A DNA stretch of 53,527 nucleotides from a virus (lineage: Duplodnaviria; Caudoviricetes). Under the pieces are notes generated by a model, which ran no database searches, was not told the DNA's origin, and saw only the letters and a program-made list of their open reading frames with translations. The translations under genes were made by a program, and so were the position numbers. Every line of letters begins with the position of its first letter. The stretch's first letter is position 1. Below are positions 23,236 to 30,459 of the stretch, piece by piece. The DNA lies in IMG/VR virus record IMGVR_UViG_3300012232_000015, positions 1-53,527 of that record; one strand, 5' to 3'.

Positions 23236-25478
23236 TGCTCACAGCCGCCGCAGCTCCGCCCGAAATCCGTCTGCCGCGCATTTGGGCGCCGGTGTTGAGC
23301 CCTCAGGGGGCGGTCGTGATCCACGCGGCGCTCGACTGTCGCGCCCCCGACGCGTGCCTCGCCGCGGCGCTGGCTCGCGAGGGCGACGTGGCGCTGCGAG
23401 CACCGCCCGCGGCAATGTGCCGCATCGAGCTCTTGCTAGGCGAGTGGGCTCCGGACGCGCGAGTGCGCCGCATCGGCGGAGCGCGGGTGACGCTCGTCGG
23501 CGGCACGCGGCTGTGGCTCATCGGCGACGACGCGGCACTCAGCGACGCGCCGGCTCCGACGCTGGCCGCGCTCGTGGCGTGCGACTGCCACCTGATGAGT
23601 GAGGACCCGAGGGCCGTCATCGGCAAGCGCCTGGTCGGGCCGTCGATTCTCACTGCGCAGTTCCCGCCGCGAGGGCACTGGCTGCGCTCTCTCCTCGGTC
23701 CTGGGACGACTGCGACGGAAGTCAGGGCTGACGCAGTGACATCGGCGTTCCCCGATCAGGCGCCCTTCCTAATAGGAGAGGGCCAGCCGGGGTACGACGA
23801 GCTGATGCAGCTCCGCGACGCGCCGAGCCAGAGCTCGAGCGGCGGGGCGCTCTTCGCGACGTGCCGGCGCCGCCTCAGGGTGCGCACCGACAAGCCGCCT
23901 GCGTCCTTGAGTGAGGAGCAGCGGCACGAGGCTGACGAGCAGCTGGGTCGCGAGTGGGGCGCCACGGCGGGCACCGCGCCGGTGGTATCGCTCGACCCGA
24001 TGCCGCTCCAGCGCCGCTACCTCGCGATGAAGGAGGTGGGGCGCCGCCGAGGGTTCAAAAAGTTCCTCACCATCAAGTACCGGCGGGGCGGCATTACCAC
24101 CATCGAGCAGGCCATCTCGTACCTCGGGTGCGATGTGCCCAATTCCTATGTGGCCGCTATCGGCGACACGGACTCCAAGTCTCGCCGCATCTTCCACATG
24201 GTGTCGATGTTCCACGAGCGCGACCCGCAGGCGGTGCCGATGGCTGGACGCCCGTCGGAGACGCGCTTGAGCCTCGTGAACGGCTCGTACTTCTTCGTCG
24301 GCACCGCTGGCGGCAAGGGCGTCAACCGCGGCGACTCGCTCCAGCGCGTGCACGGGTTTGAGGTGCCGTACTGGTGCGAGGGCCCGAAGCAGCTTGAGGA
24401 CGTCGAGGCTCTCATGGCCGGCATCGGCGAAGCGTGCAGCCGCGGCGAGGTGTCGTTGGAGGGAACGCCCAACGGGCGCGAGTGGGCCTACCACACGTAC
24501 TCCGACGCCAAGAAGCGCCTCAACGACTTCTGGCCCATCTTCCTGCGGTGGTTCGATGACCCGCTCAACGTCGCGCAGCCCGGCACGTACGACGAGGCTG
24601 AGACGCTCGAGACCTTGACCGACGACGAGAAGGCACTAGTCGCGCGTCACCCGCGCCAGTTCCGCCCTCGCTCCGTCGCCGCCATGGTGGCGTTTCGCAG
24701 ACAGAAGCAGTTGTCGCTGCGCAGACTCTTTTTGCAAGAGTACCCTGAGGACGACGAGGCGTGCTTCTTGACGAGCGGCCACTGCTTCTTCGACGCTCAG
24801 CTTCTGCTGCAGATCCTCGAGCTCACCCCCGAGTACCCTCGCAGCCACGTGCCGGGCGGCTACGAGGTCGAGTGGGAGGCGCCGCAAGCCAACGTCGAGT
24901 ATGTGTTAGGCTGCGACACCAGCGAAGGAATCCCGGGTTGCGACCCAAACGGCGTGGGCGTGGCTCGCAAGGATACGGGGGCGCAAGTCGCGGCGGTGCA
25001 CGGTCTGTTCAAGCCCGACGTCCTGGCCGGTCACGTCGCCCGCCTCTCAAAGAGGTACAACGATGCCCTGTCAGGTGTGGAGCGCGAGAACCACGGGCAC
25101 GCGGTGCTGCAGAAGTGCGCTGAGCTGGGCATGCGCCCCCACTCCTCTGGTGGGTCACTGTACCACTTCAAGGCGAGGGGCGGCTCGCCGAGCGAGGACC
25201 GCGCCGAGCGGCTCGGCCGCGCCGGCTGGAGTACGAATGCGGTGACGCGCCCGCTGATGCTCGACGAGCTGTCAGACCTCATCGAGTCGGGGCTCGAGGT
25301 GAGAGACCGCGACCTGCTCGCCGAGTGCCTCACCTTCCGCCTGCAGAGTAACGGAAAGTTCGCCGCCGATCCTGGAGCCCACGACGACGCGGTGATGAAG
25401 TGGGCGGTGTGCTATCAGATGCGACAGCACCGCCGGCGCAAGCCCGGCATCTCGATCCTAGAAGGGACGATCGCGTAA
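23235..25478 (+). CDS. terL: Terminase large subunit with N-terminal extension
   Basis: Walker A-like KYRRGGITT, Walker B VHGFEVPYW, EGTPNG, FLQEYP, nuclease YVLGCDTSEG, VERENHG, GAHDDAVM. Confidence 0.9.
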   Translation: MLTAAAAPPEIRLPRIWAPVLSPQGAVVIHAALDCRAPDACLAAALAREGDVALRAPPAAMCRIELLLGEWAPDARVRRIGGARVTLVGGTRLWLIGDDAALSDAPAPTLAALVACDCHLMSEDPRAVIGKRLVGPSILTAQFPPRGHWLRSLLGPGTTATEVRADAVTSAFPDQAPFLIGEGQPGYDELMQLRDAPSQSSSGGALFATCRRRLRVRTDKPPASLSEEQRHEADEQLGREWGATAGTAPVVSLDPMPLQRRYLAMKEVGRRRGFKKFLTIKYRRGGITTIEQAISYLGCDVPNSYVAAIGDTDSKSRRIFHMVSMFHERDPQAVPMAGRPSETRLSLVNGSYFFVGTAGGKGVNRGDSLQRVHGFEVPYWCEGPKQLEDVEALMAGIGEACSRGEVSLEGTPNGREWAYHTYSDAKKRLNDFWPIFLRWFDDPLNVAQPGTYDEAETLETLTDDEKALVARHPRQFRPRSVAAMVAFRRQKQLSLRRLFLQEYPEDDEACFLTSGHCFFDAQLLLQILELTPEYPRSHVPGGYEVEWEAPQANVEYVLGCDTSEGIPGCDPNGVGVARKDTGAQVAAVHGLFKPDVLAGHVARLSKRYNDALSGVERENHGHAVLQKCAELGMRPHSSGGSLYHFKARGGSPSEDRAERLGRAGWSTNAVTRPLMLDELSDLIESGLEVRDRDLLAECLTFRLQSNGKFAADPGAHDDAVMKWAVCYQMRQHRRRKPGISILEGTIA

Positions 25479-26854
25479 TGGGAACGATGGCAACCAACGC
25501 GTGGTGGGAGCGGGACGGCAAGCGCACTACCATGACCAACGGTCGCGATGGGATCGCGGACTGCATCGAGAAGTCGCCGGCCACGCAGCTCACCGCACCA
25601 GAAGACATCAACTGGCGCGGCAAGATCCAGGGCATGGGGTCTCGATTCACCGTGTGCGCTGGCAGTGTCGGCGGCAAGTGGGCGGTCAATCGCGACAAAG
25701 GCAAAGCCGTCAACGTCAACCTCATCGGCGAAGGCAAGGGCAACGCGCTCTCCGTCCTGAGCGACATGCAGACTGGCGAGAAGTGGAAAGATGGCAGCGT
25801 GACGCGCGATGATCCCGCCATCCGCAGACTCGTCACGTCTGACTGCCTCATCGACGTTCGCGGCAAGGGCGCATACCCCATCATCTTCGGAGAGAAATGC
25901 GTCGCCGGCACCCTCGGGGTGCGCCGATACGTAGGCAAAAGCGACGGCCCCGGCGGCGGAGGCAAGACGATGGTCCGCTGTGAGACAGCGGCCAACCGCT
26001 TCATCAATGAAGACGGCGAGGCGCTGGACGGCATGGCGGAGTACATGACGTACTGGGACTGGGGTGGCGCGCTGTTCGATCCGTTCACCGGGAAGATGGT
26101 TGACCCGAGCGCGGTAGTGCGCAACCTCAAAGGTGCCAACTTCGGGCGCGGCATCGCCCAAGAGGTGAAGCGGTTCTCGAATGTGTCTCCACTGCCAGGC
26201 CACGAAACTGGCGTGAGCCTCATCGAGAACATCTGGTGCGACCAGCTGCGCGACAACGCCATTATCTCGATCACCGGCGCTGGTCACCGCATCGATTTGC
26301 GCAACATCGGAGGCGCGTCCGACTATAACTCTGCTCTGCTTTCACTGCGACACGACGTCAAACAGACGCAGTACAGCGGCACCGGCAGTGGCGGGTCCGG
26401 CGGTAGTTTCACTTGCCTAGGCCCGGGTCTAATGCAGCCGGCGCCGGAAGGCAGTGAGGAGTGGGAGCGCCACTCGCACTCGCTGCTCATAGTCGACCTG
26501 CGCGGGTCGAAGTTCCGCAGCGGCCGCAAGATTCCAGGCCAGACATTCAAGTCGCAGCGCGAGGCGCTGATGATGGACAGCTGCGAGGACGTGCTGGTCA
26601 TATCAGATGGTGAGACGGTCGTGCAGGCGGGAGCTGAGAAGCAGGCGGATGGCTCATACAAGTCGATGGCCAATGCCGTCCACTTCGAGAGCAACGGCGC
26701 CGGCCAAGTGCGAACTAACAAAGGCGTGCCGATCGGTACCCGGCGCATCGACAACATCGACGTCTCTGCCGACTCAGACTTCTCAGGGTGGGATGGAAAG
26801 TGGTTGCGCGCCGGAGTCGTCGTCCACCCCGACCAATACCGCACGCTTCGGTAG
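25478..26854 (+). CDS. Hypothetical protein (458 aa), possibly beta-helix
   Basis: TAATG-coupled to TerL. Gly/Asn/Asp-rich with short beta-strand-like segments and less GC-biased codons. Confidence 0.75.
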   Translation: MGTMATNAWWERDGKRTTMTNGRDGIADCIEKSPATQLTAPEDINWRGKIQGMGSRFTVCAGSVGGKWAVNRDKGKAVNVNLIGEGKGNALSVLSDMQTGEKWKDGSVTRDDPAIRRLVTSDCLIDVRGKGAYPIIFGEKCVAGTLGVRRYVGKSDGPGGGGKTMVRCETAANRFINEDGEALDGMAEYMTYWDWGGALFDPFTGKMVDPSAVVRNLKGANFGRGIAQEVKRFSNVSPLPGHETGVSLIENIWCDQLRDNAIISITGAGHRIDLRNIGGASDYNSALLSLRHDVKQTQYSGTGSGGSGGSFTCLGPGLMQPAPEGSEEWERHSHSLLIVDLRGSKFRSGRKIPGQTFKSQREALMMDSCEDVLVISDGETVVQAGAEKQADGSYKSMANAVHFESNGAGQVRTNKGVPIGTRRIDNIDVSADSDFSGWDGKWLRAGVVVHPDQYRTLR

Positions 26855-26930
26855 CCGTGCGACCGGTCTAAGGGATCACGTTCAAAGGTCACGAGTCTAA
26901 GTGTCTTCTATGGAAGCAGGAGCGAGTCAC

Positions 26931-27917
26931 ATGGGGCGATACCACGAAGTCGGAGAGCCGCAGAAGTCGAAGTCGAACGCGGGCCAGTGGGCCGAGGTCG
27001 GCGGGAAGTGGAGCAAGCGCACTCCCGGCGAGAGCGCCGAAGACTGGGCGCGCAGGGGCGTGGAGGACAAGACGGCCGAGGACGCGCAGCGGCTCGGCTC
27101 CACCGTGCCGCGCCGCAAGGGCGAGTCGGACGAGGACCATCGCAAGCGCACCGAAGAGGCCGCCAGGCTCATGGACGAGGCAGACGCTCGGCGCGGCGCC
27201 GCAGGTGCGCGAAGCGAGTCCCCTCAGGACGAGGCCCGGCGCCGTCAAGCAGAGGCGCAGGAGGACGCCAAGCGCGCCGACGAAGACGATGCGGAGCACA
27301 AGAAGCGCGTCGCAAGCAATGTGGGGCGCCGCGCCGAGGAGGTGAAGCGCCGCGCCGAGGAGGCGGCCCAAGCCGCCAAGCGCCGCGAGACCGCGCCGCG
27401 GGGAGCTGAGCGCGCGACGGCGGACGCTCGCCGCCGAGGCGATGAGCTGACGGCTGCCACGCCGCGCGACATGCCGAACCAGCGCGAGCACGAGACGCCG
27501 TGGACGCACGGCGAGCAGCCGGCGCGAGTCATCACGGTGCGAGGCACGCAGCCGACGGTGGAGTCAGAGGTCGCCTGCAAGGCGCGCCACGACGAAGCCG
27601 TCGATGCCTGGAAGAAACGCTACCCTGAGGACCAGGACGAGCCGCCGCAGGAGGTCGACCCCGACACCGGCCTCGTACTGCCTCCCGGCGCTCAGCCGAA
27701 GAGCAAGACGCCGGTCCCGAAAGGCGCGTCGGCTCCGCACCTCATCGACCCGCACGGCCACACGCCGCGCGGAGCAGGCTCGAGCCCGCAGTCGGGCCCG
27801 AAAACCCCCGTCACCACCACCCACGAAGGAGCGAGCGTGCCCAGCAAGCCGACACCCAAGCCGACCCCGACCAATCAGCCGAAGCCGAACCCGACGCCGA
27901 AGCCCCCGCCGAAGTAG
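26931..27917 (+). CDS. Highly charged repeat protein with Pro/Lys tail
   Basis: AGGAG RBS and ATG 26931. Repeated (G)ES.E...R units and a C-terminal PKPT repeat. Confidence 0.75.
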   Translation: MGRYHEVGEPQKSKSNAGQWAEVGGKWSKRTPGESAEDWARRGVEDKTAEDAQRLGSTVPRRKGESDEDHRKRTEEAARLMDEADARRGAAGARSESPQDEARRRQAEAQEDAKRADEDDAEHKKRVASNVGRRAEEVKRRAEEAAQAAKRRETAPRGAERATADARRRGDELTAATPRDMPNQREHETPWTHGEQPARVITVRGTQPTVESEVACKARHDEAVDAWKKRYPEDQDEPPQEVDPDTGLVLPPGAQPKSKTPVPKGASAPHLIDPHGHTPRGAGSSPQSGPKTPVTTTHEGASVPSKPTPKPTPTNQPKPNPTPKPPPK

Positions 27918-27923
27918 CCCGGC

Positions 27924-27996
27924 TCAGCACAGTCTGCTGACGCGGAGCGGGCGATTCTTGGCGCTCGCTCCGCACCTCCCGCTCCGCACCTCCCGC
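27924..27996. repeat. Two hairpins and a 14-bp tandem repeat
   Basis: TCAGCA/TGCTGA (27924-27940), GCGGAGCGGGCG/CGCTCGCTCCGC (27942-27973), CGCTCCGCACCTCC x2 (27966-27993). Confidence 0.6.
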
Positions 27997-28018
27997 CCCA
28001 CACCCCCGCCCTTCGCAA

Positions 28019-28219
28019 GTGAAGCCCCCGCCCAATCAGCCTCTCACCGCCTTCGAGCACCGCCAGGCCATGCGCCTGATCGACTGGGAGTTCAAGCGGC
28101 TGAACCAGAGGCTGGACGTCATCACCCGCAAGCTGAAGAGACTACAACCCAAGCCACAGCCGGGCCGCGAAGCCGCTCGGCTGATTGTGCGCGCGTACCC
28201 GCCAACCAGCGAGACCTAA
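28019..28219 (+). CDS. Small hypothetical coiled-coil protein
   Basis: EFKRLNQRLDVITRKLKRL. Start uncertain. Confidence 0.5.
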   Translation: MKPPPNQPLTAFEHRQAMRLIDWEFKRLNQRLDVITRKLKRLQPKPQPGREAARLIVRAYPPTSET

Positions 28220-28241
28220 ACCTAAACTAGGAAGATCGACC

Positions 28242-28592
28242 ATGAGCAACCCCGTCAGTATGACCAGCGCCCAGAAGATGACCATCGGCGGCACGATCCT
28301 CGATAAGGGCGGCGAGGAGTTCGCCACCCTCGCCGACTGGCAAGCCGAGGACCCGGGCGCGCAGGTGACGTTCGAGTCGAGCGAGCCGACCGTGGTCGGG
28401 ATCGTCGTTCGCGAGGACGGCCTGAACGCCGACCTGTCCTCGGACGACGTCGGCGAGTCGACGATCACGACCACCGCGACCAGGGGCGACGGTACGCACC
28501 TGAGCGGCAGCCCGGACACGATGGTCGTCACCGTCAAGAACGCGCAGGCCGAGTCCTTGAACATGACCGTCGGCGCGCCCGAGGACGAGTAG
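28242..28592 (+). CDS. Ig-like (Big_2-type) domain protein
   Basis: VTFESSEPTVVGIV...GESTITTTA...VVTV pattern, acidic. Confidence 0.6.
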   Translation: MSNPVSMTSAQKMTIGGTILDKGGEEFATLADWQAEDPGAQVTFESSEPTVVGIVVREDGLNADLSSDDVGESTITTTATRGDGTHLSGSPDTMVVTVKNAQAESLNMTVGAPEDE

Positions 28593-28664
28593 CGCCTGGC
28601 CAGTTCAGGCGTTCTGCGGAACGTGTCCGCCCCGCGCCACACTATAAAGGAGCGAATCGTCACT

Positions 28665-29048
28665 TTGGAGCCGCTAAGTATCACTTTGCCCCAAGTTTTG
28701 CTGACGTTGGGGCTCGCGCTAATCGCGGCCATCGCGCCGACGATCATGGCCCTGTCCGCGCTCAAGCAGGTCAAGACCAGCACAGAGAAGACTTTGGGCG
28801 CCGTAAATGCTTCGGTCGCCAAGACTACTGCGATCGATGAGAAGACCGACGTGCTTGTGCAAAAGGTAGAGGAGGTGCACCTCGTGACCAACTCCAACCT
28901 TGCCAGGGTTCGGACCGCTTTGGAGGCGTCCCTTGAGAGAGTGCAGTCGCTTGAGACGCTGGTGACGAAGCTCGCCTCACCGGCCAGTGACGCCGCGAAG
29001 GCCGGCGCGGAGGCAACTGCGATCGCAGTGAAGAAGGAGACCTCGTGA
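28665..29048 (+). CDS. Membrane protein with coiled coil, holin/antiholin candidate
   Basis: AAGGAG RBS. One TM helix (VLLTLGLALIAAIAPTIMAL) then coiled coil with VHLVTNS. Start uncertain (28623 or 28665). Confidence 0.6.
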   Translation: MEPLSITLPQVLLTLGLALIAAIAPTIMALSALKQVKTSTEKTLGAVNASVAKTTAIDEKTDVLVQKVEEVHLVTNSNLARVRTALEASLERVQSLETLVTKLASPASDAAKAGAEATAIAVKKETS

Positions 29049-29203
29049 GCCCCACAACGATCGTCCTCATCATTCTCGTGCTGCTCCTCCTCGGTGCATT
29101 CCCGAGCTGGCCGCACTCTCGTCGTTGGGGCTACGCGCCCAGCAGCGCCATCGGCTTCTTCGTAGTCGTGCTTTTGATACTGATCCTCCTCGGAAAGATC
29201 TAA
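29045..29203 (+). CDS. DUF3309-family small membrane protein (52 aa, not in ORF track)
   Basis: MSPTTIVLIILVLLLLGAFPSWPHSRRWGYAPSSAIGFFVVVLLILILLGKI* matches the LLGALP.WP.SR.WGY.PS pattern. AAGGAG RBS. Confidence 0.85.
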   Translation: MSPTTIVLIILVLLLLGAFPSWPHSRRWGYAPSSAIGFFVVVLLILILLGKI

Positions 29204-29620
29204 ATGAAGATCACAGCAATCCGCATCGCTCTGGTGCTCGCGCTCTGCGTGGTCGCGGCGCTCCCCGCTTGCGTCGCCGACAAGGTGGACCCGCTCGCAC
29301 TATTCGGGTCGGCCAATGCGACGTGGCCGGCAGTCGAGCAGGATTACGAGCTGGGCCTTGAAGACGGCCTCGCCGACGGTGCCATCACGCTCGAGATGAC
29401 GACGAAGTGGCGCGCCTTCGGCGATGACATGGAGGCGGCACTGGCCGAGAGGGACCGCACGGCACTCCTGTCCGTGCCGTGGGACTTGATGGAGCCGTGG
29501 GCCGGCCGGGGCATCCAGTCCGAGCTCGAGAAGCAGCGCATCGGCCCGACGGTGGCCGAATCGCTGCGTGAGCAGCTCAGCAACTTCACCAAAGTCATCA
29601 ACCGCCTCAAGGGGCAGTAG
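29204..29620 (+). CDS. Lipoprotein
   Basis: Signal peptide ending in a lipobox-like LPAC. Confidence 0.7.
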   Translation: MKITAIRIALVLALCVVAALPACVADKVDPLALFGSANATWPAVEQDYELGLEDGLADGAITLEMTTKWRAFGDDMEAALAERDRTALLSVPWDLMEPWAGRGIQSELEKQRIGPTVAESLREQLSNFTKVINRLKGQ

Positions 29621-29627
29621 GTCTGGC

Positions 29628-29945
29628 GTGGACATCAAAGAAGTCACTCGAATCTTCGAGGCTGAGCTCAAGGCCGAGCTGAGTGAGGCCGGGGTCGAGC
29701 TCAAGGCGTCAGCCTCGGAGCTGGCAGCGTACGTCGAGGCGCGGGCCAGCGTCCTCGCCAAGGAGTCGGCAGACAATGAGGTCGGCCTGAAGCGCGGCAT
29801 TCGTGCAGAGAAGAACAACGTCGCGATGCGCGCCGGCCTGCAGTTGAGCGACAGCGGCCGGGCGCTCGACCAACGCATCTTCGGCATGGTCGGAGTGGCG
29901 CTGCGCGTCGCCGTCACAGTCCTCACCAGAGTGGTGATTCCGTGA
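29628..29945 (+). CDS. Hypothetical protein
   Basis: MDIKEVTRIFEAELK..., amphipathic/hydrophobic C-terminus, GTGA-coupled. Confidence 0.65.
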   Translation: MDIKEVTRIFEAELKAELSEAGVELKASASELAAYVEARASVLAKESADNEVGLKRGIRAEKNNVAMRAGLQLSDSGRALDQRIFGMVGVALRVAVTVLTRVVIP

Positions 29946-30250
29946 ATCAAGCCGACATCCGCAGACTGCTGGACCGCCTGGACCCGCACGACCCGAACCA
30001 CTGGATAGACGACGGGCTCCCGCGCATGGACGTCATCCACCAGCTTCAAGGCGGCGCCGACCACCTGCTCACGCGCGACGAAGTCGACCGCGCGGCTCCG
30101 GACTTCAGGCGGCCGAAGCTGCCGACTGCCTTCGAGTCGAGCAGCGCAGAAGGGGCGGCCGTCGTGGCCGCAGTGGTGGCAGTGGTGGTCAGCATCGCGA
30201 CGAATCTAGTCATCTATTTGACGATGGCTGGCTCAAGCGGGGGCGGCTAG
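29942..30250 (+). CDS. Hypothetical protein with C-terminal TM helix
   Basis: LDPHDPNHWIDDGLPRMD...LTRDEVD..APDFRR resembles a small helical domain I recall from phage head-gene regions. Confidence 0.6.
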   Translation: MNQADIRRLLDRLDPHDPNHWIDDGLPRMDVIHQLQGGADHLLTRDEVDRAAPDFRRPKLPTAFESSSAEGAAVVAAVVAVVVSIATNLVIYLTMAGSSGGG

Positions 30251-30450
30251 TGGCGACCGTCGATCGAGTCGCGCTGGCGGCGGCAGTAGCCCGAGTCAAA
30301 ACCCGCGCTGCCGCGAAGGCTGGATTCAAAGAGGCGCCTCCCGCGCCCGCGACGCCTTCCGCACTCCTCGCCATCCTCTGCCTCGACCCGGACGACGAGC
30401 TCGGCGACGGTCCGCTCTTCGTCGTGGTCACGAATCGAGACCCGGTCTAG
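30250..30450 (+). CDS. Hypothetical protein
   Basis: TAGTG-coupled, fills the gap before the portal gene. Confidence 0.5.
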   Translation: MATVDRVALAAAVARVKTRAAAKAGFKEAPPAPATPSALLAILCLDPDDELGDGPLFVVVTNRDPV

Positions 30451-30459
30451 CCTACGCCT

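Noticed and set aside
25945-25970. GPGGGGKT in the 458-aa orphan looks like a Walker A motif
   Set aside because: No preceding hydrophobic strand and no Walker B; probably a Gly-rich loop.
27966-27996. CRISPR-like repeat
   Set aside because: Only two abutting 14-bp copies with no spacer and no cas genes.
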